DNA of 64,000 nt from Guillardia theta CCMP2712 (lineage: Eukaryota > Protista > Cryptophyta): positions 14,027 through 78,026 of the forward strand of contig NW_005434571.1 in the NCBI RefSeq assembly GCF_000315625.1. Direction: 5' to 3'. The notes below the pieces were generated by a model, which worked only from the letters and a program-made list of their open reading frames with translations, did no database searches and was not told the origin of the DNA. Position numbers and translations under genes: made by a program. This document shows positions 48,321-64,000 of this stretch, in pieces. Positions within the stretch are counted from its first letter, which is position 1; every line of letters begins with the position of its first letter.

Positions 48321-50869
48321 TCTGGGGTCTTTTGTGGAAGTTGTAGTCTGGAGGGTGGTGGGTGCGGAAATGGGGGTCATACGACGATTTTCAGCTATAC
48401 CTGAAATCTGATTAGTAATATTTCAGGTTCATGTCCAAATCCTGTTTATTAATGGCTTTTTAAATTTTGAAGCCGGGGCACACGCCTTCCCCCCCCTTCC
48501 ACGCTTCTCCCTGAGCTTCCCCTCCTCCCTCGGGCCTTGCCTGCCCTTGCAAGTTGTACTCTTCGCTCTCCATTCTTCAGCTCCCTCAGTCACAACGCTT
48601 CTGGATCTCTCTGCTCTCCTCCGAAATTGATTTCCTCCTGAGTTTCATGCCTTACACACGCTCACGGCCTGTGCAAGGTTGAGTTACAGATAACTGCAAC
48701 ATGGCGCATCTTGACAAGGAAGCTCTTCGTACCGTGCCATACAAGACCGTTGTCAAGCCCTACATGGCACTTTGCCAGTAGATCTACCGGGAGAAGGTTT
48801 GTTTCGTCGTTTGATGGAAACTAGGAGCGACGAATGCAACAGTGATCGACAGCCTTGGAATTTTCTTGCTGCAATGGGTTAAAATGCTGATATGAATAGT
48901 CTCAGGCTTATTTTCGGACAGTGACAAAGAACAGAAAGCATGGAAATATTCGATGATTCAAAGCTCCAACACCTTCGATGGTTGTGACATTTTGAAGTCG
49001 AGGGTTTCACTATGCATGACAGTGAGCATTGTTCAATTCAACATTATAATGATAAAAAGAGCAATATGAATCCATGGAATGTTCACAAAGTTGACGCTGT
49101 GATTGAGAGCAATCTCATACACGTAAACATTTTTTTTCCTGTCAGCGTACCGTGATTAACATGCGCACTTCAATATGTCTTACTTTCTAGGTTTGCTTCG
49201 CGAAGTCCATTGCAGCCAGTGCGCGCAATCTTGAGCCTTCACCGATGGTTAATTTTGTTGAGAGCTTTCACTTTTTGTGATGTTAGCATACAATCATACC
49301 TTCCTTCAGGATTCTTTCATCGTTTCATTAAGGTTTCTTTCATTGCAATCATGTTCAACCGTAAGCTTAGAGTCCTAATGATGCGTTCCATACATAAAGG
49401 AGACATGCACAGAAATGAACCAACAAATGTTTGTGTGAATTTCTTGTAAGGTCAACCGCATCATGTATGCATGCTTCTCTATTGTGAAAACCTCTTGTGA
49501 TTTGCTCAAGTTGTCATTGACAAGCAAAACCAGTGATGTTTAGCATTAGCATTTACAACGCTAACATGCATCACTATTTGGAAATTGTAAGATGACATGT
49601 TTCTTTCCATGATGTGCACGCATGCATACACTCAGGTGTAGACATGAGAAATGACAGTTGATGTATTCAATTCAATCCAGTGCTGCAAGCGCATGGTGCA
49701 GGATGTAGAACAACACAAGCACAAGCCCACTTCAAGGTGGTATATTTCAGTAAGAATGAACGAGATGAAACATCGCAAAGCATTTGCAAGTCTTCATTAG
49801 CACTTTGGCGAGAACATGGCGTATCCATGTGAAACTTGAAGTGTCGCCCAACACGACGTCGGCATTAAGTTCACGCGGGGCAGGAAGAGCCTGGACTTCG
49901 GAAGAAAGCGATAGTCCGATGATGCAAGTTGTAGGGCTATCTTACCTAAAGGCCGCTCTGTGGGAAACTGATTTGAACAAGGATTTTGAACAAGGATGCG
50001 AAAAGCCAGCTCTGCTGTGTATCCAAGAAGTGATCAATCTGTCGAACTATCCACAGAATCATGATGGTTTTGAATCGCTCTATCGTCATCGAGTCCAAAG
50101 CATATGTTCTATCAAGCAATGCAGCAAGTTGCATCACGCCTTTGCAACGTAATTTTGTATCCACCACACGCTGAATGGTTTTATCACCAGAGTGAGGGAT
50201 ATCGGCTGTCCGTAAATCGAGGCATGCATGCCAGATGGCAACAATTTCATAGTTCTGCTTTCAATCATGTTAGACTACATCAAGATTCGAAGTCTCTAAG
50301 CTTGCATAATCGTATCTAGCGCGTTGGTAAGGTGCCTTCCCCATCGCCTCTTGCCCTGGCCTGTGGTGTCGCCCTGTGGAGTAGAGGAATAAGACCACCT
50401 CTACCTTATTTTTTCCAGCGATTTCATCTGGATTGGGGGTAGGGGGTAGTGATTCAGGTCAAATAACAATGATTCGAAATTTGGGCTCAGAACCCCCTTC
50501 ATGGATTTTAAGATGTGGGGTGGGGTAATTTTTGACCACTCGTTACTTCAAATTGAATCGTAACGGTAACCCAAGAGGAGTCTTTTCGACTTACCCAGTG
50601 CTAGCTCAAGTTCGAGGTGACCCGGGAATTCTACAAGTACCGGCCCCCCACCGACCGCAAACCAGCTTAATACCCCGCAAAAACCGTGAGGGGTCGGTAT
50701 CCACCCCTCCCCTGAGAAACGAAATGCAAATATCGTCGATTTGTTAAGAAACGACTTCCACAAAAGACCCGGGCCAGAATGTACGCCGGGTGTGTAGTAG
50801 TGCAACCGTTGAAGTGACTTAAGGGTGGCAATCATTGAATGGCACCCGGACCGAGGCTTTCGAGTTTCA

Positions 50870-51360
50870 ATGTGACTCAAAGTTATTGAACAGTGGCCCG
50901 CCGGACTCCGGGCCGGGCTGCCGGCGCTGGGCGGCCGCCCGGCCGGGCCCGGCGCCCGGCGGCCCGGCCCGGCGGGGCTGAGAGTTAAAGATCGGTACTA
51001 CGGTACGACTCCCGGCCCGTTGAATCAAGCCCTCGGCGAGTCACGGCGGCTCATCAGAGGGCCGCGGCCCGGCCCGCCGGGCCCCCGTTCAACGCCGGGC
51101 CCGGAAGTTACTACTGCCACGGTACGGTCACGGTGGTGACTCGCCCGGGGCCGGGTGGAATGTACCGGGTCTGAGTGGCACTGTCACTGCCAGACGCCGC
51201 CCTCCGGCCGGGAGCCCGGGCCTGGTGGCCGCAGAGTCACGGGCCGATCCGATCGCACCCGGCGGGCGGATCACCGTGCCCGGTCAGACTCTCCGATCGG
51301 GCCCGTGGCTTGCGTGACTCAGTCCGGGCCGGGCCGGACTCTCAACCGGACGGCCGAGCA
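50870..51360. repeat. GC-rich island 10 with partial edge motif (gttaaagatcggtac at ~50984)
   Basis: Same vocabulary; lies immediately upstream of the kinase-fusion gene. Confidence 0.75.
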
Positions 51361-51568
51361 GAACGTTAGACAAGTTGAAACGGCACTGGAACCAGCGTCA
51401 GTGAAGGTGGCGGCCGCGATGGGGGTGAAGTGAGCGGGGAGGAAGTAAGAGCAGGAGAAGGACAAGACACTTCACAAGCAGCATCAAAGACATACGAGAG
51501 AGCTCCTGCTCTTGTGCTGCCTTCGATCTTGACCCGCCATGCCTCGTCTCCATGGCGCCAACGAGGCT

Positions 51569-54237
<2,669 letters not shown>

Positions 54238-54340
54238 CATGAGACACTGGGATCCGGAAGCAAAATAAAAGGTGTTGGAACAAAATTACAATTTGATACA
54301 AGAAGAATAAAGAATAAAGAACCCTCTCATCAACTAATAA

Positions 54341-54397
54341 ACATCTCATCTCATCTCATCTCATCTCATCTCATCTCATCTCATCTCATCTCATCTC
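54341..54397. repeat. (ATCTC)n microsatellite
   Basis: About 11 copies. Confidence 0.9.
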
Positions 54398-57300
54398 GTG
54401 TCTGCCTTTTCTTGTTCTTCGACTTCTTGAAACCTTGCGATCCTCTTCTTCACCTCCTGCAATTCAAACGTCACGCAAATCCCCTTCAAACTTCCATCCT
54501 CTACATCCCCCACCTTCCCCCCTCCCCTCCTTTCCTTCAGATCCTCTGCTCTCCTCCCCCATCACTCTCTCCTCTGTCCTCCTCCGCCTCAACTCCCTCC
54601 CCTCTCCCTCTTCTCCTCTTCTTTCTCCTCACCTTCATTGTAGCTTTGAAGTTGCTAGCAGGCGCTAAGAACTTGTCGCTCATCTTGCTGATTCCAAGCT
54701 GAGAGTGAATGAAATTGAGGCCCTGAGCCTACAGTCAGCTCCTCCTCTCCTCCTTCTTCCCTCCTCCTCCTCCTCCTCCTCCTCCTCCTCCTCCTCCTCC
54801 CCTCTTGCTCCCGCCCCCCTGCTCCCCCCTCCTCATCCCATTTTTCTCCTCCTGCTCCGTTTCTTTATCTCCGTCGTCCTCCGTGTGTTGTTCCTCACGC
54901 TCTTCCTCACTTCCTTTCTTGTCCTCGCATCTATTCTCACCTCAGAGATCATCTTCAAAGCACTCGATGCCTTCGAGCCGACGCAGAGGAGGGCAAGGAA
55001 ACCTGAGAACCAGTGAGGAGGAGAAGGATGGGAGGAGGAGGAGGAGGATGGGGGGAGGAGGAGGAGGAGGAGGAGGAGGAGGAGGAGGAGGAGGTAACTG
55101 ACTTACCAGCAGCAAACGAGTCCACAAGCATGAAGGCAGTTCCAACCTGTTCCTTCAGTGTTAGCAGCTTCCTCGCCCCCTCCCCCTCTCCCGCCTTCTC
55201 TGCCTTACTTTCTCCTCGAGGTCGAAGGNNNNNNNNNNNNNNNNNNNNNNNNNNNNNNNNNNNNNNNNNNNNNNNNNNNNNNNNNNNNNNNNNNNNNNNN
55301 NNNNNNNNNNNNNNNNNNNNNNNNNNNNGCTTCCTGCATTGTTCGACCGAAATTTGGTCTAAATTTTGTGGGCGATGGGAAGTAACCGCGAGTTCCGGGG
55401 GACCATTCTGGTAACCACCATAGATGGGAGACCGTAATGCGAGGCCGTCCCGTGCTCTGTCAGTCCTGTGCTTTGCAGGGTCAAGAGTCTTCTTGGGGGT
55501 AGGGGTAGTAAAAGGAAAATGATGGGGTTATTTGATATCATTTCTTAGTCATTTAGGGGGGTAGGGGTCTAGGATGGATGAGTACGAGGGGGTACCCAAC
55601 AGGCGTAGTCTGCGGGAGCCCTTGCATGTGATGGCGGGAAGCGAGGTTGTTCATGACAGAGGGATGAGAAGAGGAGAAGAATCAGCATGATGAAGTTGGC
55701 AGTGACGAAGACGATGAAGATGCTGCGACTAGGATGAAGGGACGGAGAAGGGAGGAGGTGTAACGACGGGATGCACAGCCTGTAGGACAGGAAATTTGGC
55801 GAGGAGATTGACGTCGACGATGACAGCGGGAGAGGAGGACAAGAATTCAGAGAGGGGAGGGTGTCAGAGACCATGACAAAGATCGAGTAGTTGGTAATGC
55901 AGGTGATACTGTAAGCTCTATGCTCAAGTAGAGGGCAGACGTAGGTTGAAGACTCGTAGCAAAGCAGACACCAATGCATAGTGCCGTTCTGATCTACCTG
56001 ATTGTAATTATCTGACTCTTCTTCCTCCTTCCACAGCACCTCCTCCTCCTCTTCCTCCTCCTCCACCACCTCATCTTCCACCACCACCACCTCCCCCTCC
56101 TCTCACCGCCCATAGTCGCGGGTATCCTTCTTCGTCTCTGAAAGCCACAAAGTCCACCGAGATGTACCCGATGATCCCTTTGTCGGCGCAGACCTGAAGA
56201 GAAGGCGATGAGAAGGAAAGAAAAAGTTGGCAGGAGGAAAGGATGATGGAGGAGGGAGGAGGGAGGAGGGAGAAGGGAGGAGGGAGGAGAAAGGGAGGAG
56301 GGAGGAGGGAAGAGGGAAGAAGGAGGAGGGAGGAGAGAAGGGAAGGGAGGAGGGAGGAGGGAGGAGGGAGGAGGGAGGAGGGAAGAAATTTTCTCTTTCT
56401 TCAATCTTTCAGGGAGTTTTCTCACCTTGCCGATAGCTGTGGCTGCAGCGTTCAAGGCTTTCTTGTTTGCTGATAGCAAAACAATTCAGTCACGAACTCC
56501 TCCCACTCCTCCCCTCCCCTCTTCACTTTTCATTCCCTTCCTCTCTCTCCTCTCCTCTCCTCTCCTCTCCTCTCCTCTCCTCTCCTCTCCCCTATCATGT
56601 TCAAAGCAGCTAACCTGTCTGTTGAGGAAAGATTGCACCCATGTAATGATAATCTTGAGTGAACAGATGGTCATGCGTGGAATGAATAGAAACCTGTAAA
56701 CAAGTATGTCACCTTCACTCAAGCCCAGCGCTTTTTCATCCTCAACCCACCCCCCTGCCCCTGCCCCCGCCTTCTGCCCCTGCTCGCCCTCTCTCGCTCT
56801 CTCCGTGTTCACCTCTCCGGTGGGCAGGATGAAGAGGTTGACGCAAGGAGAGTCGACTTGCCCTCCTGCCGCTGCCTCGATGGTCCCACCGACCCGCGTG
56901 AACGTTTCTTCGTACGCCTCCCACGTGGGATAGATGTCCTGAGGTTGAAAGGTGAGGAGGAGAGAAAAAAGGAAGGAGAGGAGAGGAAGAGGAAGAGGAA
57001 GAGGAAAAGAGGAGAGGAGAGGAGGAGAGAAGAGAAGAGAAGAGAAGAGGAGAGGAGAGGAGAGGAGAGGAGAGGAGAGAAGAGCGGAGGAAGAGGAGAG
57101 GAGAAGGGCAGCGGAGAAGGAAGAGATCACTGAAGGTGGAAGATGCGGGAGGGGAGAGGAGAAGGTAGCTGCATGCTCGTAGTGTCACCTTATGTGCTAT
57201 CTGAGCTCTCTTTGGAAGAATCTGCTCGAGCTCCTCGACTACCTGTGGACAACTTTGTTAGCTCAAGGTATCCTCTTGTTCAGCCCCCCGCATTTCCCAT

Positions 57301-60300
57301 TCACCCCCTTCGTTTCTTTCTCCTCCTCCTCCTCATCGCTTTCCTTCTACACCTCCTCGCTCTCCTCCTCCTCCTCCTCGACACTCTCCTACTCCCCACT
57401 CTCCTCCTCTTGGTCACTATCCTCTCCCTCTCCCTCTCCCCTCCCCTCCCCTCCCCTCCCCTCCCCCTCCTCCTCTCACCTTTCTGAGCGCCGCCTGCTG
57501 TTTCTGCGGGTCCATCCACAGGTTGAGGCTCCTTTCCCGCTCTCTCAGCAGGGCCGCGTGACTTTGAAGGGCTGAGGTCTCAAGCCAGGCGTGCCCTCTC
57601 CCTCCAAACTCATCGTCGATCTGCCGCTTCCCGTCAGTGTCCTCGTCCTTGTCCTGATCCTTGTCCTGATTCTTCTCCTGATCCTTCTCCTACCTCTCCT
57701 TCCTTTCCTCCCTCCTCCTTCCCTTCCCATCTCACTCTTCATCCGTTTCTTTCTTTCTCCAGCGCCCATCTCTTGACCCATCCACTTCCCCCCCAGCCTT
57801 CCTCCTTCTCCTCCAATCAAGTTCTTCTCCTCCTTTGACTCTTCCTCCACTCAGTCTCATTCTCCTCACCTTGAACAGCCATCTCTGCACGTCTAGTCGC
57901 TCGAATATCAGGCGAGCAAGAGCATGCAGAGTTTCTTCTGTGCTGTAAAGATCGTAGGCTCCAGGAGGAGAGTTCACCTGCCGCTCCGTCATCATCTCCT
58001 TCCTCCTCGTCCTCTCCTCCTCTCTTCCTCTGCTCTCTGCCTCCTCCCCTCCCCCCTTTCTTTCTTCCTCTCCTCTCCTCTCTTCTCCTCTCCTCTCCTC
58101 TCCTCTCCTCTCCTCCAACCTTCTCCTCCTCTTCTCCTCCCCCCCCACCCTCCAGCTTCCTCCTCATTTCATCTGCACCTCTGCGATTGAGAATATTCGG
58201 CGAGATCCTGACTTGGAGGAGTAGACGGTGGCAACTTGAGGCTCCGGGGAGAGGAGGGGCATGTTGAGACAGCACGCAAGCTAAAGCACGTGTATCAGGA
58301 ATATGAGCAAAAGGAGGAGAAGGAGGAGGAGGAGAGAAAGGAAGAGAAGGAGAAGGGGGTTGGAGAGAGAGAAAGACAGAAAAGGAGGAGGAGGAGGAGG
58401 AGGACGGCCGTTGATGGATCCGTTTTACCTTCAGATCTTCTGGACCAACTACACCCGGGATTATGTATGCGTCCTTCCCCTGTTCAAGATTGTTATGATA
58501 CCAACATTATCATCTCTATCTCCATAATCAATATTCCCATATATCATCATCACCACCACCACCACCAACATCACCATCACCATCACTTCATCAAACCCAT
58601 TCATACATTCAGTTCGCCATACCTTGGCAAAGTTGATGATCCGCTTCAAGCATCGAGGAGAGTAGAGGAGGATAGAGGAGATAGAGAAGTGAGAAGGAAA
58701 TCGATCGTAGTTCTCAGGAAACACAATCTGAAAGTTGAGCATGTCAGAGCATGTTGCCGAGAAAGCACAGGCAAGGGAGTGGGTGAAAGACAGCAGGGAT
58801 AGCAAAGAAATGAACTGAAGATAAAAGAGCGGGAAGGGGGTTGGGGGAGGAAAGGACATGGAGAAGGAGGAGAAAGGGAGAAGTAGTTATAGTGGTAGAA
58901 GGAGGAAGAGGAGGAGGAGGAGGACAAGGAGGAGAAGGAAGAGCAGGAGAGAGGAGGAAATAGGAGGATAAAGGAGGAAGAGAAGGCGAGTCAGGAGGAA
59001 ACCTTGAATCGATCATCGGCTGACTCGGTTCCTCGCACTTGCAGGAGCTTGGAGTAGTACTGAACAACATCCGGGCTGAGAGGGAAGGGAGCAACGTAGA
59101 TGACCTGGCGGAAGGTGAGGAGGAGAGAAGAGCAGGAGTATGACCCGTAAGGTTGCATGATGAGAAGCAGTAAGGCAAGACATCGTGATGAAGAGGAGGG
59201 GAAAAGGGGGGAAAGGAGGAAGGGGGGGGGGAGGCGGGGAGGATGATGATGATGAGGAGGAGGAGAGAGTAGGCGGAACAGGTAGAGAGTGATAAAGAGG
59301 GCAAGAAGATGGTTTAAGTCTAAGGAGGGATTGGCAGAGGAGAAGCGAAAAAGAAGGAGAGAATCAAAGAAAAGGTGGAGGATGAAGAGGAGAAGGAGGA
59401 GGAGGAGGAGGAGGAGGGTACCTCGACATCGGGGGAGGAGGACCAGGTGAGCCTGCCCAGCTGATTGTTCTGCCTGATGGCAAAGTCTTGCACGCTCATC
59501 CTCTGAGCCTCCTCGCGGGAGATGGAGGGAACGTGCACGACCACTCGTTTTCTCCTGCTCATGTCCTGCCACTGCTGCTGGAGTTTGATGGAGAGCTGCT
59601 GAAACTGCGTCTTCCTGTCTTCGATCTTCTCCTCGATGAGCTGAAGGAGGAACGTGGTGAGAGAGGTTCAAGGTGAGGCGAAGGAAGAGACAACAGGGTG
59701 GAGAGGAGGGAAGGAGAATAAGCGGGGAAGACGAGGAGGGAGAGGAAACGAAGGAGAGAAGAGAGCAGATGAAAACAAGACATGGAGACCCGGCAAGAGG
59801 AGAGAAGAAGAGGATGAGGGAGAAATAAACAAAACAGGAGAAGAAGCAGTTGGAATTGTATTAAGTGGTACCTTGGTTGCTCGTCGGAACGTGATGATTG
59901 TCCTCCATTGTCTTTGTATAATACAACACGACTGCGATATTAACACAATCAGTTTCTCCCCAACACCAGAAGCAGACAAACAAACCAACAAACAAGGAGG
60001 GGGAGGAGGAGGAGGAGGAGAAGGAGGTAAAATCACGAGACAACAGAATGAAGCCTTCAAGCACCAACACAACGACATGCTCCAACCTTGTATCTGTGCA
60101 ACGATTGCCGGAACTGCTTGCGGCAGAAATGGCCTCGGTAAACTGACTGCAGCACTAACGAGGCGCTTCTCTCCTTGTCACTTCCTCGGTATCTTCCTCC
60201 CGGAAGCTTGACAAGCTCAAGAACCTGCAAAGACATCACTATCGCAATGATCGGCTGACACAAAACGACTGGGGTGTAGAAACCAAAGAGATGAAATCGA

Positions 60301-61942
60301 AGGATGTTTACGGCATTATGTAAAGAAACACAAGAACACGTCAACAGTCTCTGAGTGTCGCAATGGATGTTTGATCTACGAAACAAACAGGTGCAATAGG
60401 CATGCTTGGCCAACATAATAGAGTCGTCACTCACTAGTAGATCACGACAGCAAAAACAATAGAAGAAAGCAACTGAGAAGCAACCTATTCGAATAAATCT
60501 CACCTGTTCGAGGTTGACCAAACAATCGAGGAGGTCGTCGTTACTGGGTTCTTTGTAGTCCAGCTGAGCCAGCAGCGCGACTTTGTTGCCATCGACGTAA
60601 GCAAGAGGAACATTGTAGTTGCCAAGGAATCTCTCGAGCCTATCGGAGAGTCCGGTGAGAAACAAGGAAAGACAAAGAAAACAAAATACACAGAATCATC
60701 AACATCATCAAAAGTGATTCTCATCCCCAACAAAATCATATCGCTCATCCGTCTCCTCTCACGTGAACAAGCTCTCCTCCCCCCTCCCCCTCCTCCCCTC
60801 CCCCCTCCTCCCCTTCCCCCTCCTCACCTGGAAATAATATCTTGAATCGCTCCCCACATCACCGTGTGCTTCCTCTTGTACGACTCAAACTCAGGGGTGG
60901 ACGAAAGTGTCAATCCTCTCCGTATGATGAACTGATGCAGTGAAAACTCGTCCAGCAGCGTGTTGTAGTCCCTGGGTGTCCCTCCTCCCTCCTTCTTGTC
61001 CCTTCCTCCTCCCATCTCCGGCAAATCTTCATCCCCCCCTTCCTCTCCCGCAGGCGCTATCGCAACCGAGACCTTGCGTACCTTGGACTCCTCCTGTTCG
61101 CCCACTTCCATCTGCACGCTCATGCTCTTGTGCGGCTTCGACCTCATGGACGCGGTGGATCTAGGGAGCGTGTTCAGATCAACCTGTCTGGCTGAAGAAA
61201 TCATATCCATCTTCACTCCCGCCAGCGAGAACCCTGTCGGGTTGGTGTACGGCTCCTGCCGCACGAACTGCTCGTCCCAAGGATGCATCTGTACAGGCCC
61301 GCAGAGGACGGGGGCAGGCGTGCGGACGAAGGCAGGAGTGAGATCGACGTACTTGGGTATCAGTCCCTTGTTGACCAGCTCTGACATGCCCTTATGAATG
61401 TCCTTCTGCGTGAGGCGAGGAGGAGGAGCGCTGGGGTCGCGGCGAACAGCAGCAGGAAGGACGGTGCCTGGTTCCGACGTCTTGGATCGGATGACACTGC
61501 CTGGGACCTTCTTAGGTTGCCTTGGCTTCGGAGGAGGAGGAGCGGCAACGCCAAACCTCTCCTGCAGGAAGTTTCTTGCTTCGGAGGAGTTGGGCTGCAT
61601 AATCAGATCCATCTGCCTCTTTGACTGCATCTGCTCCTTAACAGATAGGCGGCGGAGAGACGCTGAGTTGGGCCGTGAGGTGGATCTTGACCGCTTGGTG
61701 TCCCTGATTGCCGGTAGAGTTGTGTACTGCTCGTTGAAGGCATTGTTCAGCACAACCTCTGTCTTCAACTTGATGTCGTTCTCAGCTTTGTCGATGAGCT
61801 GCTGTAGCAGAGAGATCTTCTTGGTCGCGCTGGCCTCACTGGTGGACGTTGCCGAGAGGTCTGAGCGCAGTGCTCGCAGATTGTTCTGAACCTCGAGGAG
61901 GATCTTCCCAACATCCTCGGCATGATACGAGGTACTCGGCAT
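54391..61942 (-). CDS. IQCH: IQ motif-containing protein H-like (ciliary), multi-exon, interrupted by a gap
   Basis: YHAEDVGKILL; LLDEFSLHQFIIRRGLTLSSTPEFESYKR; NYNVPLAYVDG; IQ-like LQSVYRGHFCRK; VVVHVPS...QNNQLGRL; VIYVAPFPL; IVFPEN...LLYSPRCLKRI; GIIGYISVDFVAF; GTAFMLVDS. Confidence 0.8.
55229..55328. other. Assembly gap (100 N)
   Basis: N run. Confidence 1.
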
Positions 61943-62268
61943 GGCAGAAAACTTGCCTTCGAGCAAGGCTCTTACTCTGACAGTGTCAGCCCTTCTGCTC
62001 TACACACACATCGTCCTCTTCCAGCTCCGAGGTACAACATCTCTCTCTCCTATCCTTTCTCTCCCTCCTCCCTTTCTCCCTCCTCCGGGACGCCCAGCCT
62101 CGCCTTCCACCGGCTGCATGCCCCAACGGAAACTGACCGTTGCAAGACCGTTGCACGATTATACCAAACCCGCCTCGAATGAAATTCAGGTGGGACCCCC
62201 AATTTCATGGCCAATTTGGGGGTGGCTAGACCCCTCCTCCACCCTCCTGCCCAACGGCAGGGCGGAGC

Positions 62269-63827
62269 ATGGAGGGGTTCAATCTAGAGGAGCAGGCGGC
62301 GATCAGAGATCGAAGCGGCGAGCTAAGCGACCAGGTACGTGGACGATGATGAGGGCGATAATGATCATCGATGATATCATGTTGATGTTGACGAAGCAAA
62401 GATGTTGACAACAAGATGAGAAGCAGTTTTGTTGAGCAGAATAATGAGATGTGAATAATTCGGTTTTGTCGACAAGAGGCTGAATGTGTTGATACTGCTT
62501 GGTTGATTCCTACGTGTGGGCCGATGATGACAATCATGGTCAGTATCGCAAGTACCTCGCGGATCATCCGGAGCTGACGCAGATAATGCATGACTTTCTT
62601 GTGAATGTCCTAGTGAACAAGCCTGAAGACTGTTTCCAGTGAGTCTTTCTCCTGTCTTTACTCCGTCCTTTTCCACCTTCCCTTCCAACACTTGATTGTT
62701 TCTTTGTTTTCGAAGCCCATCTCCGTTGATTGCTGTCCCGTTGAACACTCCTGTTTGCTCCCTCACCCCGTCCAATCAACTCTGTTTCTCCCTCCTTCAT
62801 CCCTCAAGTCAGCTGATGGAGACCTTAGGTTCTGCAATGAATACTTCGAGAGCTTCAAAGGAGGCGATGGCTCAGGGGATGCGGTAGATGGGTGGGGGTA
62901 TGCGAGGGCAAGACCGCTCCTCCTGGTCGGTCCTCCTGAGAGCGGCAAGAGGGGACTAGCGCGGGACATGGTGAAGGCTCACATTGATAAGTTTGGGGTG
63001 CTGGTGGCGTTCACGGATAGGGAGCTAAAGGAGAAGGAGAAGGAGGGGGTCGACTTTCAAACCATGGACCGAGGCTCTTTCAGCATAGCGGCGGGGGCGG
63101 ACGAGTTCATCGTAGAGCAGGAGATAGGAGAGAGTCACTATGGCTGGAAGCATTCGAACCTTGAGAGCATCTTTGAGACTGGTAGGTGTGCCCTGATCCC
63201 TTGCCCGTACTCCTGCTTCTCCTCCTTCCGAACTGCTCTAGCGGGAAAGTTCATGCCAAGATGTGTCCTTATCAAACCAGAGGTCGAGGCCTTGAAGCGT
63301 CGCCAGCAAGAGAAGGGCTTGAGCAATGAAGAGATTGAGAAGAGGGCGAATGAAACGATGAACATGTATGCTGAGATAGAGAAGAAGGTTGGACTGTTCG
63401 AGAAGGTATGAATGCACTAGGTCATGTTGTATCGACTGACGAGACTCGCAATGAAAGGAGTTTGTTGTGGAATATGACCAAACTTCGATTTCTAGAAAGT
63501 CTGCTGAACAGATAGTGGGTGCGTTCTCAACATCCTCTCTTCCCTCTTTGTCTTCATTTGACTTTCAAGCCTATTTTTTGATCTTTTTTTATCTTCTTTC
63601 CCTTGTAGAATGGACGCTCTCGATCGACTGGGAGCTGAAGCTGGACAAGGACTTGTCGCATGCAGCCACCAAGATTCAAGGGCAGGCGAGAAGACGACGA
63701 GACGCTCGGAGAGTGAAGAAGCTCAAGGAAGGTAACAGTGCCTCTTGCGCGCACAAACGCTCTCCTTGCCGAACTTACTTGCGTATCGTTTGCTGCAGAG
63801 TCGAAGTCGAAGGAGAGTTCAGAATGA
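62269..63827 (+). CDS. RIIa-like docking domain + guanylate-kinase-like domain + IQ motif protein, multi-exon
   Basis: YLADHPELTQIMHDFLVNVLVNKPEDCFQFCNEYF (RIIa/DD); LLLVGPPESGKRGL...FTDRELKEKEKEGVDF...HYG (degenerate GK); AATKIQGQARRRRDARR (IQ). Confidence 0.75.
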
Positions 63828-64000
63828 AGAGAAGCTTTCTGATTGTATATGAACTGCAGCAAAGATTGAGAATTCAATAGCTGTGAGCGCCATTGCAGCC
63901 TGTCCTACACACCAGAGATGTCCCGAGGCACGGGTCTGCCTTCACTCCCTCAGGGCAAGGAAGGAGAAACTGAACTCTTTCTCGTGCAGTGAATTGCATC

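Noticed and set aside
48900-50320. AT-rich region as a transposon remnant
   Set aside because: No transposase or reverse transcriptase motifs, terminal repeats or TSDs visible

Overview
Eukaryotic nuclear DNA, not prokaryotic. Genes carry many short (~45-60 nt) GT-AG introns plus microsatellite-expanded introns. Several genes have bipartite signal+transit peptides with the +1 Phe ('ASAF'-type) motif, indicating an alga with a secondary red plastid; a cryptophyte such as Guillardia or Hanusia is my inference. Recognisable genes: divinyl-chlorophyllide reductase (DVR), a 2OG-Fe(II) oxygenase, an intronless RBR E3 ligase, an 18-exon plastid front-end fatty acid desaturase, a UBC8/UBE2H-type E2 with a signal peptide, a TALE homeobox gene, a large SH2-domain gene, a guanylate kinase-UMP/CMP kinase fusion, an IQCH-like gene and an RIIa/GK-like/IQ gene. 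Most notable items: (1) a ~1340-aa internally duplicated multi-pass membrane protein with two putative discoidin-like ectodomains and two RelA/SpoT-like synthetase domains, one degenerate and one intact, i.e. a candidate receptor-coupled alarmone synthetase; (2) two unrecognised families of small intronless proteins (three 'SPxxSPVSS-NLMLDF' microproteins and two 'SIxxxGNFV' repeat proteins); (3) a signal-peptide/LRGG/E2 precursor; (4) about ten GC-rich palindrome-word islands in intergenic DNA, several edged by a conserved 31-bp motif. Exon boundaries were inferred by eye. Two assembly gaps are present.
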